DNA of 64,000 bases from Chiloscyllium plagiosum (taxonomy: Eukaryota): assembly GCF_004010195.1 (NCBI RefSeq), contig NC_057718.1, forward strand, positions 42,856,523 through 42,920,522, given 5' to 3'. A model generated the notes under the pieces. The model saw nothing but the letters and a program-made list of their open reading frames with translations, made no database searches and was not told the origin of the DNA. Positions 23,630-38,049 of the stretch are shown in pieces. The position numbers and the translations under genes are program-made. Numbering within the stretch: the stretch's first letter is position 1; each line of letters starts with the position of its first letter.

Positions 23630-25625
23630 CTCTGTTTTTTTTCATTCATTCTTGGAATGTAAGCTTTCTGTTTGGACCAGCATTTAGTGTCTGTCCCTAG
23701 TTTTCTTCAAGGAGATGGTAGGAAGCTATCTTCTCGAATCATTACAATCCTTTCGGTGTAAGTACAGCTACATGAGGGAATTCCAGGATTTTGATTCAGC
23801 AACACTGAAGGAAGAGTGATAAATTTGGGCAAGTTGTTGGAGGGAATCCTGAGGGACAGGATGTACATGTATTTGGCAAGGCAAGGACTGATTAGGGATA
23901 GTCAACATGGCTTTGTGTATGGGAAATCATGTCTCACAGACTTGATTGAGTTTTTTGAAGAAGTAATAAAGAGGATTAATGAGGGCAGAGTGGTAGATGT
24001 GATCTATATAGACTCAGTACGGTGTTTGAAAAGGTTCCCCGTGGAAGATTGGTTAGCAAGGTTAGATCTCATGGAATACAGGGAGAACTAGCCATTTGCA
24101 GACAGAACTGGCTCAAAGGCAGTGGTGAAGGGTTGTTTTTCAGACTGGAGGCCTGTGACCAGTGAAGTACCACAAGGATCGGTCTGGATCCTCTACTTTT
24201 TGTCATTTACATAAATGATTTGAATGTGAGCATAAGAGGTACAGTTAGTAAATTTGCAGATGACACCAAAATTGGAGGTGTAGTGGACAACGAAGAAGGT
24301 TACCTCAGATTTTAACACCTTGATCAGATGAGCCAATGGGCTAAGAAGTGGCAGATGGAGTTTAATTCAGATAAATGCGAGGTGCTGCATTTTGGGAAAG
24401 CAAATCTTAGCAGGACTTATACACTTAATGGTAAGATCCTAGGCAGTGTTGCTGAACAAAGAGACCCTAGAGTGCAGGTTCATAGCTCCTTGAAAGTGGA
24501 GTCGCAGGTTCATAGGATAGTGAAGAAGGCATTTGGTATGCTTTCTTTTATTGGTCAAAGTGTTGAGTATAGAACTTGGGAGGTCATGTTGAGCTGTACA
24601 GCACATTGGTTAGGCCACTGTTGGAATATTGCGTGCAATTCTGGTCTCCTTCCTATCGGAAAGATGTTGTGAAACTTGAAAGGGTTCAGAAAAGATTTAC
24701 AAGGTTGTTGCCAGGATTGGAGGATTTGAGCTATCGGGAGTGGCTGAGGGCTGACCTTATAGAGGTTTACAAAATTAAGAGGGGCATGGATAGGATAAAT
24801 AGATGAAGTATTTTCCCTGGGGTGGGTGACTCCAGATCTAGAGGGCATAGGTTTAGGGTGAGAGGGGAAAGATGTAAAAGAGACCGAAGGGGCAACGTTT
24901 TCACACAGAGGGTGGTACGTGTAAGGAATGGGCTGCCAGAGGATGTGGTGGAGGCTGGTACAACTGCAACATTTAAAAGGCATTTGGATGCGTATATGAA
25001 TAGGAAGGGTTTGGAGGGATATGTGCCGGGTGCTGGCAGGTGGGACTAGTTTAGGTTGGAATATCTGGTCAGTATGGATGGGTTGGACCGAAGGGTCTGT
25101 TTCCAAGCTGTACACCGCTATGATTCTATGACTCTATGAATATGCAGGTTGTGGTGTTACCATGTGTCTGCTGCCCTTGTCCTTTTAAATGGTGCTGGTC
25201 ATGGATTTGGAGGGTGTTGTCGAAGGAGCCTTAGTGAATTTATGTCATGTAGATGGTACATCTTGTAGATGGTATATATGCTAATATTGAAAGGAGTGAT
25301 TAATTGTAGATGTGGTGCCAGTCAAACAGAATACATTGTCCAGAATGGTGTCAAGATTCTTGTGTATTGTTAGAGCTGCACTCATCCAAGCAAGTGGGGA
25401 ATATTCCATGCACTTGTGCCTTGTAGATGGTAGGTGGGATTTAGGGAGTCAGGAGGTGAGTTACTTAATGTATATTGACCAGATGATATGCGAACAATGC
25501 AGAACACTGTGCAATCATCAGTGAACATCCCCATTTCTGTACTTATGATGGAGGGAAGGTCATTGATAAAGCAGTTGAAAATAATTGGGCCAAGGGCATT
25601 CATTGAGGAATTCCTGCAGAATGTC
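23630..25625 (-). mobile_element. Second-family LINE 3' fragment, split by CR1 (host parts 23630-23820 and 25139-25625)
   Basis: agggaattccaggattttgat.cagcaaca shared with 34034-34062; LGPIIFNCFINDLPSIISTEMGMFTDDCT RT motif at 25500-25600 minus. Confidence 0.75.
23821..25138 (+). mobile_element. CR1 LINE, 5'-truncated, disrupted RT
   Basis: QHGFVYGKSCLTDLIEFFE, KFADDTK, WAKKWQMEFNSDKCEVLHFG, LVRPLLEYCVQFWSP; tail (ctatga)n. Confidence 0.95.
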
Positions 25626-26289
25626 CTAATACCATAATCATGGTAACTGTCCAGAACATCCTAAACACAAGCAAACTTATACCCATTATAAGCTTCATTC
25701 ATTGCTTAGTTACACTACAACAATTTATAAATAGAAACGTATCACCTTACCCAAAAACAAAAGAAAGAACAGGAGACATATACAGGTAGCATAAGGGATT
25801 GCCAGTATTGCTAAATTAGAATGCAATATCACCCATTTCTGAGCAGACTAGACACTTGCTTCTGATTGTTTGTGAATTGAACTTTAATAGAAAAACTAAC
25901 AGCTTGTACATTTGCAATCAATTACATATTAAACATAAAATATTAAATGAACAAAGTGATATATAAAGGAAAGAAAAAGTTTGTGTGTGATTTGTTGCAA
26001 GTCTCAAGCTGATGCTAGATAAATAGAACTGAATTCTACTTTCTCCTAATGCATCATGCAGTGCATGCACGGAATCAAAGTGGTTTAATGTATGGCTTTC
26101 GGGATCGATGTTGAGCTAAGAGCCCTGTGCAAATAAACTGTTTTATTTAAGCATAATATATCATTATATGATGTACTTTATTATTAATGCAATGTGTAAA
26201 CATCATAATGGCTCATTTCCTCTTCCATTTTATAACATGGCTGTGTGTAATAGTTTTCAGCGATGTGGGCAGGTAAGGGGGTTGATGAA

Positions 26290-26525
26290 TGGAGGTTGTG
26301 AGCTTGTCCTGCCATTCAATAAGATGATAACTGGTCCAATTGTGGTCTTAATTCGATTCTCCTGCCTGCACTCCAGAACATTTTACCCTCTTGTGCATCA
26401 AGAATCAGTCTTATTCAGCCTTGAATATATCCAGTGAGCCAGGCAGCATGGTATCTATGGTAATCAATTCCAAAGATTAACAACACTCTGAGAAAAGAAA
26501 TTTTTCCTTACCCCAGCTTAAATGG
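26290..26525 (-). mobile_element. Old CR1 3' end
   Basis: ctgccattcaataagat...gccttgaatata...ctctgagaaaagaaattt, typical reverse CR1 3' UTR also seen at 33575-33905. Confidence 0.65.
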
Positions 26526-26529
26526 ATCG

Positions 26530-27150
26530 GGATATCAGGGTTCACTGACAAATAGAGGAGTCATGTTTTCTGGTAATATTGTGCTGGAGATGATTAACAT
26601 TTTGGAGGATGATCTGTTCAATATGGAAGTTGCTGAGGTGGAAGGTCAGGAAAAGGGGACCTCTAACATTGTCCTGAGAGATAAAGGAATGATTGACAGC
26701 AAAGGCATGCGAAATGGAACTAACATGGTTGAGACCCTGTTAACCATGGGGGAGTGATTCTTTGTTGAAGAAAAAGCAAGCAATATCAAAAGTGCTGCTT
26801 TTTAAGGTTGCATCATCACAATAGATACAAAAGAGATGGAGAAACTGCAACAACGGAATGGCATCCTGACTGGAAGCAAGGCGTGAGGAAATGGGTAGTT
26901 GTGGCAGGCTTATTGTGAAAATTCCTTCACAATCTATCCCCAGGAATAGAGACAGTTGAAGAAGCAAAGATTTGCAGATGGACTATTTGAACATAAGAGA
27001 AGGCTGGAAATTGCAAACAATTTCGATGAAATCTTCAAGTTCAGGGACAGAACAGAAAGCAGCATCAGTGCAATAATTAATTTGTCAGGGAAAGAGTTGG
27101 GAAGGGGCCTCAGTAGGACTGGAACAAATTTTCTTTCAACTCTTCTGCTC
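26530..27150 (-). mobile_element. Old Penelope-like RT/thumb fragment
   Basis: DAIPLLQFLHLFCIYCDDATLKSSTFDIACFFFNK, degenerate form of the PLE IPxSQFLRLRRICS..F motif. Confidence 0.65.
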
Positions 27151-28939
27151 AAACCTCTCAGTTTGTTTTAACAGACAGGCCAAACGGAAGCCTCAGTAAT
27201 CCAGAATGGAAAGAAAAGTAGAAATTATCCAACTGGGTCAGTGCTGGTCGTAAATCTGATTTGGTACTGATCCATAATACTTCATTTATGCTGAGACCTA
27301 CTCTTGTAATCCATGAGCAGATTAGTGTATCTGGTTAGACTGTTGTCGTACTCCACAACATGCTTATAAGGAGCTGCTTTTGAAAAAAATCTGCACTTTA
27401 AAACTGGCACTTTATTATTCATGATATGGATATGTAGAATAATTTTCAATAAATAATTTCTGTGGTGCTAAACTGCTAGTGTGTGGCCATGGAGGGATGA
27501 AGTAGTGAATAATCTTTCTTTAGTGGAAAAAGAGGCATGTATAGGGCCATGTGGAAATTCAGGTCATGAATTCATTGGAATTTTATGTTACTAATGCATT
27601 TGCATCTGTCCAAATTGATTCTGCCATAAGACCTATGCCTGAGGTGTAATTATGCCAGTGTTAATTTAGAGTTTAGTGGCAAATGGAGACTTGAGTTCAG
27701 GCCAATCTCATTCGTGATTGCTTCCTACAGAAATGATAATAATACTGCTCAGAGACTTTGCATAAAAATAAAAATAAAGGTCGTAACAAAGATGTAATAA
27801 TACAATTGTTTTCAAATTTATTAATGATATTGCATTCTTCATCTTCATTCTTCTGACCCCTAAAGTACGCACAGCTATTTTGGTGTTTAAGTTCTTCAGC
27901 AAAATTAGAGCGTGAAGAGCAGAAGATGAAAGTGTCTTTAAAAAATACCGCCAAATAATATTGATGCATTTTAGAGGAGACTGAATAAGCATGTAAGCAA
28001 GTGTTGTTGTGCAATGGGTAGCCTCCAAGCCTCTGAGTCAGAGGATTCTAGTTTGAACCCCACCCTAGGTTTTGATGGCCAAGTAATATATATGGCCTAG
28101 TAGGTTGAGTATCAACTTGAAAATCCTTCCAACATATGTCAATAGCAGACGGTAAGAGCTGGAGAGATTCCTGGTGTTGGAAATAATGTTGGAAACACAA
28201 CTGTCACTATCCATTGCTCCAGACTGCAACATGCATTTAAAAGTATACATTGCCACAGTAACTGGAAATCTCTGAGTGAACTTTAATACACCACTGTGTG
28301 AAACAAGGGAACAAAAAGTTATGAAAATAGGAGTAGGCTTGAGTGAGGCATAAAGAGTGACATGGACTGATTGGGCCAAATGGCCTGTGCGTATGCAGTA
28401 AATTCATGTGATACACTGTAATGTGAAGAAAAATATATCATTAAACCCATGAAGAACAAAACACCAAGGCAATGCCTGGAAAGCTGTATATTGTGACATG
28501 ATGTTGCTGACAGAACACTAAAACACAACACTGTGGGAAAGAATGCAGAGGAATGCAACCTCTCAAAGAGTAGCATAGCAATGTGGTACTGTCATATGCA
28601 ACACAGCAGGGGAAAGAATTGTGTTGTTCTTCATGGTCATTCATCTCAGATGGGAACATCTGCACAGATACAAAGGAATCTCCCATACATGCTTGTGATT
28701 CACCAGATGCTGAATCTTTAACCTCAGCCCTGTAGCTCAAGGGTGGCACTCAATCGAAACCTGGAAATCTCCCACACGAAGCATGAGGAAAATTAACACG
28801 CCAATCTTGCTCTTATCGCTGAATTTTGTTTTCAAAATTACCTGTAAAAATTAAGAGATTTAATTATGTTAAATATTGTGTGTGACAAAGCAAATCCTAG
28901 AGACACAAGTAAAGTTTTGTAATCAAGCAGATATTTTAA

Positions 28940-30997
28940 AGATTCTGGTGGGAGTTATGTACAGGCCTCAAGGCAGTAGTTAGAATGTGGGACAGAAAAT
29001 AAATCAGGAGATAGAGAAAGCCATGTAAGAAAGACAATAATTACAATAATCACGGCAACTTCAATACACAGGTGGACTGGGAAAATCAGGTTGGTAGTGG
29101 ATCCCAAGGTAAGAAATTTATGGAATGTTTATGTGATTTTTTTTAGAGTTACTTAGGGTACAGACCACCAGGGAACCAGCCGTTTGATGATTTGATTCGA
29201 AAACTTAAGGTGAAAGAACCCCTAGGAGGCAGTGACTATAATATGATAGAATTCACCCTGCATTTTGAGAGGAAGAGCTGGAATCAGATGTAATGGTGTT
29301 ACATTTAATCAAAGGTAACTACAAAGACATGTGGAAGGAGCTAGAGTTGATTGGTAGGGAAGCCTGGCAGAAGCAAAGAGTTTTTGTGGGCAATTTGGAA
29401 AGCACAACAGAAATTCATCCTAAGGAAGAAGAAACATTCTAAGGGGAGGATGAGGAAACTATGGCTAACAAGGAAAATTGGGAACAGCATATAAGCAAAG
29501 GAAAAAACATACAGTGTGGTGAACATTAGTGGGAAGCCAGAGGATTGGGAAGCCCTTAAAAACCAGCAGAGGATAACTAAAAAGGCAATAAGGGGGAGAA
29601 GTATATGTATGTAAGCTAGCTAGTAATATAAAGGAAGGTTGCAAAAGATTTTTATAGTTATGTAAAGGGTAAGAGTGGACATTAGACCATTGGAAAATGA
29701 GGCTGCAGAAGTTGTAATCGGAAACAAAGAAATGACTGATGAAGTACTTTATATCAGCCTTTGTGGTAGAAGACACCAATAATATACCAGAGATTCAAGA
29801 TTCGGGGCAGAGGTGAGTATGCTGGCCATCACTAAGGCGAAGGTGTTGGGTAAGCTGAAAGGTCTGAAGATGGCTAAATTCACAAATATGTTAGAATTCT
29901 TTGAGTAGGTAGTGAGCACATTAGAAAAAGGTGAACCAGTCGACGTTATCTATTTGGATTTCCAGAAAACCTTTGACAAGGTGCCACACTAGAAGCCTGC
30001 TAAATAAGACAAGAGCCCATGATGTTGGGGGCTAGGTATAGGCAAGGTGACAGGATTGACTGACTGGCAAAAAACAGACTGTGGGTATAAAGGGGTCTTT
30101 TTCAGGATGGCAGCCAGTGACTTTGCAGTTTCACAGGGATCAGTGCTAGGACTACAACGATTCACATTATATATATGAATGATCTGGACAACAGAACTGA
30201 GGACATTGTTGCTAAGCTTGCAGATAGCACAGAGATAGGTGGAGAGAAGGTAGTGTTGAGGAAGTGTGTAAGCTGCAGGAGGACTTGGACTGGCAAGGAG
30301 ATTAGGCTAAGAAGTGGCAGAAGGAATACACTGTAAGCAAGAATGAGATTATGCTTTTTATAGGAAGAATAGAGGCATAGACTATTTTCTAAATGGGGAA
30401 AGGCTTCAAAAATCTGAAGCAAAAAGGGACTTAGGATTCCCAGTTCAGGATTATCTTAAGGTTAACATGTAGGTCAGTTGACAGGCAGGAAACCAAATGC
30501 AATGTTATCATTCATTTTTGAGAGGACTAGAATACAACAGCAGGGATGTACTGCTGAGACTGTATAAGGCTCTGGTCAGACTATATTTGGAATATTGTGA
30601 GCAGTTTTGGCCCTGTATCCAAGGATTCATGTGCTGGTTTTGGAAGAGGTTCAGAGAAGGTTTACAAGCATGATCCCCAGGATGAAGAGTTTGTCATAAG
30701 AGATTGGGACCCAAGGGCACAGCCTCAGAGTGAAGGAATGCCTCTTTAGAATTGAGTTGAGGAAGAATTTCTTCAGCCAAATGATGGTGAATCCGGAACT
30801 CATTGCCACAGAAGGCTGTGGAGGTTAAGTCCTTGAGTGAATTTAAGACAGAGATAGGTAAGTTCTTTATTAGTAAGGGGATCAAAGGTTACAGGGGAGG
30901 CAAAAAAAGGGGCTGAGAATCATATCAGCCATCATTGAATGGCAGAGCAGATGTGATGGGCTGAATGGCCTAATTCTATACTTATATCTTATGGTTT
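28940..30997 (+). mobile_element. Old CR1 LINE ORF2 (endonuclease end to 3' tail), many deletions and stops
   Basis: LVGVMYRP (APE), IYLDFQKTFDKVPH, SVLGLQ..IYMNDLD..KLAD, LYKALVRLYLEYCEQFW, tcttatgg tail. Confidence 0.9.
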
Positions 30998-33329
30998 TTA
31001 AAAAGGCATGCATGACAAATCATTAATTTCTTCTATGAATGACTCTACGCTTCTTTCTTGGTTCCAGTTATTCACTTGTGGATTTAGTTCACCAAACAAC
31101 TTCACAATTTTTAAAAAAAAGTCTGCTTACAAGGATAATATCAGATTGCAAATGGAAGGAGTACTCATTGATTATGTTTCATTATTTGATTAAACATTTG
31201 CATTTCTGTAGTGTTTTTCACAATTTCAGGATGTTTGAGAACACTTTGCAGCCAAATACTTTTAAAATTCTATTGCTCTTTTAAAGTAAGAATGCTTCAG
31301 CGAGAGTTCACATCACAAGGATACATACAATGTATAGTATTAGGAAGGAGAAAGTAACTAAACACAATGGATAGGTCAAAAAACACTAAAGAAATCACAA
31401 TCAACTGTATTTTCCTGTTATTTCAGATTTAAACTATGACCATTCTGATATTTACACAATGGGATGAAGGTCAAAGCTGCTCCAAAACTAAGATTTGTGC
31501 AATGTACTGAATTGCAACGAATTAATGCATACTTTATTGATGCTGATTTAAACAAGATCCACTACGTCTACCCATAAAAATTTTCTGAATCCAAATATGT
31601 ATTATTGATCCTAATCTTTTTGAACTTGTATAAAATTTTCATCACAAATTAAAGATAATCTAGAAGGAATTTTATTTAACAGAGTTACAATCTAATGCAC
31701 CATTTTTTTTGGAGTACTTTTTAAAAATTCCAGCAAAACCTTCACGCTGCCAAAGCCCACTAGTTGGGATTAAGAGCTTGAGAACAACTGTATCCTTCTT
31801 GAAAAGGCCTTGATCCATTTACCGCTGTCTTCTTTCTCTGACCAGCTGATCAACACTTTCCATCACTTCACACTTATCTCTTCATCATGACAGCAGGAGA
31901 TGAGTTCTGACAAGGTAATGGAAAAAAGGGTTCCACAAGTCTTGGCAGGGACAGGAGCATCTTAGCTGTTCTCATCAGGACTGTTCTTTTCAAATGTCAC
32001 TATTTTCAAACCTCAGAATCGCTTGCAGTATGCCAGAATTGGATTAAGGGGAATTGCTTACTCAAAGCCCTGCTTTGTATCTTTCACCAAATTTTGTGTG
32101 ACAATACTGCTGTACAAGACATCACAGCTGAAGCAAAACTTGCAGCAAATTAAAGTATTTTGTTGAACACTACAGCACATTTGGCAGCATGTTCAAAAAT
32201 GAATGAACCAGATGTACATTTTGAAGAAGTATTTTTGAGCCTTCACTTCATAATTAATCATTTTGAGAATCAAATTACTTTTTCAACTGTCAAGATAAAT
32301 ATACCTTTTCAGTTTTTCCACTCCAATACTATTTTTTATATATTAAATAATCATTTTTGTAAAGCAGACTATAAAAAAAACCCAAGAATATATTTTGGGG
32401 AAGATAAATTATCAGCATCTTAAGTGATAAAAATCTTACAATTTTGCTTTCCAATAATCACATTAACAGCATTCACTCAAATATTTTGCTAGATACTGTC
32501 AAATTTGAAAATGAAGTTGTGTGCCTGTTCACTGCAATCTTCTTTTAAACTTTAACAAAAAAAGGGCCCTGGAAGTTTTTAAACAGTTCAGGCTCCTTCT
32601 TTTCCAGAGATATTTATTCCTGTTAAGCTGCTGTTCTGTAGCATTCAGTAACTCTTCAATACTTTGTCAAAGAGACTTCTTCATGCGTGAACCTAGAATG
32701 GAGGGAGCCTAAACATCTAGGAAGGCCATCGCAACAAAACCCAATACTCCCCTTCCCTCATTCCAGAATAAACTATTTGACTAATTTATAAGCAGAAACT
32801 CTGATTAGTTTATTTCTATTCTAAAGCACCAAACCTAATTGTAGCATCCCAACTCCTGCTCAACTTAGTAAGGATTAAACTTGTATTTTTCAACTTTCAT
32901 CAGTAGTACATCTGGCAGTACATCCAACTATTTTGGCTTTCTTTTTGAGATTGCAGGTTTTTGATGGTATATTGATATTTGTTTTGGCCATGTATCTTAC
33001 CACACTGTGAACTCACTATCTGAGCTGCATCATTAGCGGAGGGACTGCACACTGCCAGACACTTTTAAAAACGATGGAAGGGTAAGTTGAAGGGTTAGCC
33101 AACCTGGACAGGTTTCACATGCCTTCTAGCAGTCAGTTACAAAGCAACACATTGCTTGAATCTTGGCAGAGGATTCACTTTCATCCTCTCAGGGATGTGA
33201 TGTGAGGTTGGAAAGAAAGAAAAATAAACTAGCACGTACCAAACCACATTTGTACATATTCTGGGAGCAAATAGGCCTCAGACATAAACAAAAAATCTTG
33301 AATGCTGACAATCTGAATTACTACTGCAA

Positions 33330-33575
33330 ATATACTGCAACTATATAATGCCTTTAATTAACGTAGTCAAGCATTAACAGAGCATTATCAAACAATATTT
33401 GACACTGAGCCACATAAGGAGAAATTAAAATAGATAATAAAACTGTAGTTAGTAAAGGGTGTTTTAAGTAACCTGTAAAGGAGGAAAGAAAGAAAGACAG
33501 GAGCCTCAGTTTAGTGGGGAACCTAAAGGTTACGCCTTGAAGGAATGGCACAAGTAAAATTATAAGAAATAGAAG
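33330..33575 (-). mobile_element. L2-like LINE 3' end (old)
   Basis: tatataatgccttta...tttgacactgagccacataaggag...gttttaag..ctgtaaaggagg; a related fragment lies at 5555-5730. Confidence 0.55.
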
Positions 33576-33905
33576 CAAAAGTAGACCAATTGGCCCAACA
33601 AATCTATCTCACCATTTGGTAGACCATGTTGATCTGATATGATCTTATGTCTACTTTCCTGTCATAATTCTCAATTCCCTCATTAATCCAAAATATGTTG
33701 AATTTACCTTGAACATATTCAATAACCCAACCTCCACTGCTCTCTGTGGAAGAGAATTTAAAAAACAAATGACCTTTTGAGAGAAGAAATTCATCCTTAT
33801 CTCAGGCTTAAATCAGAAATGTGTAGTCTTAAACTGTGTCCTCTAGTTGTTGATTCCCCAGAAGAAACATCTACCAGAATTTAGCCTGTCAAACTTCCTC
33901 AAATC
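33575..33905 (-). mobile_element. Old CR1 3' end
   Basis: ataagaaatagaagc tail, cctccactgctctctgtggaagagaattt. Confidence 0.7.
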
Positions 33906-33914
33906 TTTGAAGTT

Positions 33915-35340
33915 TCAAATAATGCAAGCATTTATTGCCCATCCATAGTAGCGCTTGAGAAGGTGGTGGTGATCTGTCTTCTTGAATTGCTGCAGTCCAC
34001 GTGCTATAGGTTTACCCACAATACCCATGGGGAGGGAATTCCAGGATTTTGATCCAGCAACAGTGAAAAAACAGTGATACACAATCCCCACACTGCTGAT
34101 AGAGGCCATTTGGCCCATGGAGTCTGCACTGACCCTCCAAAGTGCATCCCGCTCAGACCCACACCCCCACCTAATCCCCATAACCCTGCATTTACCACAG
34201 CTAACCCACTTATTTTTGGATTCGGGAGGAAACAGAAGCGCCTAGTGGAAACTCACGCAAGCACAGGGAGAATGTGCAAATTCAACACAGACAGTTGTCC
34301 AAGGCTGGATTCAAACCTAGGTCCTGAGTAGCAGTGCTAACCATTGTGCCACCACATTGACCTTTATATTTACATGTCATGATGTTGAGTGAAGCAAACT
34401 TGCAAATGATGGTATTCCCATGTATCTGCAGCCATTGTCCTTCTGGATGGAAGTGGTTGTGCTTTTGGAAGGTGTTTCAGGATCTTTGATGAATTTCTGA
34501 GGTGCATGCATAAATAGTACACACTGCTGCTACTACTGAGTGTTGGTGGTGGATGTTTGGAAATGTGATACTAATCAAAAGGGCTGCTTTGTCCTGAGTG
34601 GTATCAATCTTCTTAATGTTGTTAGAGCTGCACCCATCAGGCAACTGAGGAGTATTCCATCACATTTCTGACTTGTGCCTTGTGGATGATGGATAGGCTT
34701 TAGGGAGTCAGAAGGTGAATATTGGAGTATTGCTAGTAACTCTAATCTGTGGCACCCATAGATTTACTGAAAAATTTAAAGTGGCCCATAAAATTGGCTT
34801 TTATTGATTTTTTAATAAATCTCAATTGCTTCTTGATTGCACATTTCAAAATAGGATGCAGATGGCTTACCATACACTGAGCATAATATTATGTCCTTGA
34901 ATTATACCCCTGCCACTAGCACCAATGTTAAGACATTGTGCACCATGAAATCCTAATGTGAAGATTTGCAAATGGAACTGAAAACTGCAGTCTGAGTTGG
35001 TAGTGGAATCAGAAACCCTAAACCCTTTTAAGAAGTACCTAATTCTGCATCTTAAATGCTGTAAGCTGTAGGGCTATGTCCATGTGCAGAAAGATGGGAT
35101 TAGAAAGGATATCTGGGTGTCTTCAGGTTGACACAGACAAGATGGGCTGAATGTGCCCCTTCTATGCTGCATCATTTCTATGGTTCTATGATTCTATCCC
35201 TACTTCAAACATTTTGATGGAGGGAAATGCTGAGGACACTGCTCTGAGGAGCTGGCGCCCTTGGATTGAGATGATCTTTGTGTTAGGTGTGACTCCAGCC
35301 AGCAGAAAATTATCCCTCAGGCTGATCCCATGCTCTTTCT
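33915..35340 (-). mobile_element. Second-family LINE fragment interrupted by an HE1 SINE and a CR1 tail (about 34985-35197, +)
   Basis: Homology with 5965-6830 and 25139-25625 on both sides of the inserts. Confidence 0.7.
34078..34355 (-). mobile_element. HE1-type SINE (diverged)
   Basis: Homologous to 14836-15149. Confidence 0.85.
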
Positions 35341-36859
35341 ACTGCTGCGTGTTAAAGCCAAACACTTTTTATTGAGAGTTGGGTTGTCGTTTTTTTGGAG
35401 TTTTCTAAGTTTTTACTTTTAACTTTGAAAACCTAGGGCAAACCAGGAGCAATTGAAAGAATGAATAACATGAGAAAAATCAATTTTGTAAGACTGTGGA
35501 AGACAAGCAAGATATTAACAAGCCTCTGTTATGCTAAGTAATGTCTAACACAGTTCACAAATTACACTTTAAGTTTCTCACTTGCAGTTTCAACAATTTT
35601 CTAGCTAAAGGCTGAAATGGGATAAGTTATTGTGACAAACTCTGAGTTAGAAATTGGAGAACCCAATTATTGCAATGCAAGGCTCATGATTTGATACTTG
35701 CAACACCTTTTTCAAAGTTTGCAGATGGGCACGTGAAATGAGGCCACCTACTTCACTTTTATGATTGCAGCATTCCTTGGACCAAACCCCCGTGCTACAC
35801 TCTTCTTCATAGCATTGTTGGCAGTCTCTGATCATGTGTCTCTTGGATGTGATGGCCACAATGACAATCCTCCAGAACCTTTCCCTCCTCCAAAAGAAAA
35901 ACTTGGAAACATGTTTACTGAAAATAATTTTAAAAAATTATCTTTATCTCTGCCAGCTGTCAAAAACTGAAGCTGTCAACCAGTCATAATGGATGTGTTA
36001 GTTTCATAAGCTGACAAGGTAACATGGGGCAGGGAATAGACAAAACAGTAAATTTATTGAGATCAGAATTCAATTACATCTAAAAATTGCACATTCTCTG
36101 GGGATAGGTCACCTTTTGATGAATCTGTTCCAGTGGACCCAGAGACCCTGGGAAATTGATGCTGGGGCTTCATTGGTATGGTTTAGATGTGCAGTCAGCC
36201 CTGTACAGTTTGTTAGATCATTTAGCTTAACATTCGTCATCGCGAAAATCCATTAGGCAGGTAATAGCAGGACTTTGAAACTACCAACAGGTGGGTCTTC
36301 ATTATGGTCACTGAACTGTGGACTAATATAGCTCCTTTTTAATTTGCATGATACAAGTTAAAGCATACCAGTATATAACCTTTTGTTCAAATAGATTAAA
36401 GGTTAGCTTATTTCAAGCTATTGACAAAAAAATTTTCAGGATAATGAGGTACATTTTGTAACGAAAAGCTTGGATGCCGATACTAAAATAATTACAAAAT
36501 TCTTTTAAAAACCACTGATAAAATGAAGGCCCTAATAATGCTCTGTAATAAACCATTGGAACTCATTGCTTGAGTCCCTTCTTGCTGAACAGAAAAGGTT
36601 AACACAAATCAGATTCAGCAGCCGCTATGACTTTAGTAATTGTATGGTTAGTGTTTCCTTGTACAGGTGGACTCAACAGAATTTGGGATGGAGCATAGGT
36701 ACTTTACTAGCTGTGTGTTTTAGCACTTTCATACTTTCCTGCAACTGTATTTAGTTTCTACAGTCCAGACTTGCCCAATAGACAGCCCCTGGAGCCCAAC
36801 ATGGAGCACCCCCTCCAACCAATGTTTCTCTCCTGCAATTTCACTAGTGAACCAAGCAG

Positions 36860-38040
36860 CAACAAACATAGGAAAGAAACAGCCTGATTTTGGAGGAGCA
36901 GTGAGCAGTGCAAACATGAGTAACTTCATTTATATTGAGGCCTGCACAGGGTAAGTGACAATGGGCCTTTTACATAGGCTGACAGTAAGGCTACAAGACA
37001 CAGTATGTCAGCTAGGCCAATGGGGCAAAAGAGACTGTCAGTAAAGAAACAAGTAGAGGGGAAGGTGAGGGTCCTGAGCCACCATGCCTGAATGAAGCAG
37101 TCAAAATGGTGGACCAAGCTTTTTAAGGCAAAGTGCCATGAGAGAGGTTGGAAAGGTGAGGGAGGGTGTGTACAAAGGACAGTGATTGACCTTTGGTCAC
37201 CAGACCATCAGGAAGTGATCAGCACATAGTGTCCTTGAGACCCTGAGGGTAAAGGAGAGGGTGGATCCTGTAGGGTCATTCCCTGAATAGACTGTCAAAG
37301 TCATTTGGCAGAATACCCCATCATTACAACTTTTCAACAAACACCAAGCCATCGCTTGGCTGGTGGTGAGAAGGGCACTAGCTTTATGTATACCTGCTCA
37401 GTCTACGTCACTGCACGCTGCCCTCAAAGCAGCTGGCGGGAGGGGGGTTGGTAGGAATGAGACTGTCACATATCTCCTTCTGGAATGTGCTTTTGCAAAG
37501 GAACTCTGGAGAAAGATGCAGTGGTTTGCATCAGGGTTTGATCTGAGTAGCTCTGTAACGTGGAACTCTTTTCTCTATGGTCTGTTCCCTGGGACACACA
37601 CTGAGGCAAACATCAACAGCACAAGGAACATCATCCATTCAGTAAAAGATGCTCTTTGGTCTGCCTGAAACTTGTTGATCTTACAGAACAAGGAGTTGAC
37701 CCTGACTGAGTGTTGTGGACTAGCACATTTCAAGGTCCAGGACAATGTGTTGAGGAATGCACTAAAGCTCAGGGCAGCTGCTGATGAATAGATTTGGGGA
37801 AAGACCACTGTCTGAGGTCTTTCTGCTGAAGGTAAATGAGGATCTTTTCTGTTACTGGACCCTCCCAGTATCGCAGATATATTTAACTTTGAGTATTATA
37901 TGTATGATAGGTCTTTTGTTTCTTGGATAGATTCAAAGTCCAATGTTTTATTTGTTTAGTTGATATGCAACTATACAGAGCCAAACTGCACTTATGACTA
38001 TATATATATCACACAAAGAGATCGTTTTAAGAATAAAGTA
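36860..38040 (+). mobile_element. Tx1/L1-clade LINE 3' end
   Basis: ETVTYLLLECAFAKELWRKMQW...VKDALWSA*NLLILQ (zf-RVT-like C-terminus), stop at 37813-37815, AT-rich UTR with AATAAA 38032-38037. Confidence 0.8.
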
Positions 38041-38049
38041 AAATGTGAT

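Noticed and set aside
28440..28870. Minus-strand acceptor (tctcttaatttttacAG near 28842) and 102-aa ORF
   Set aside because: All three frames after the acceptor stop within about 35 codons, no good donor, no recognisable protein; a non-coding exon cannot be excluded.
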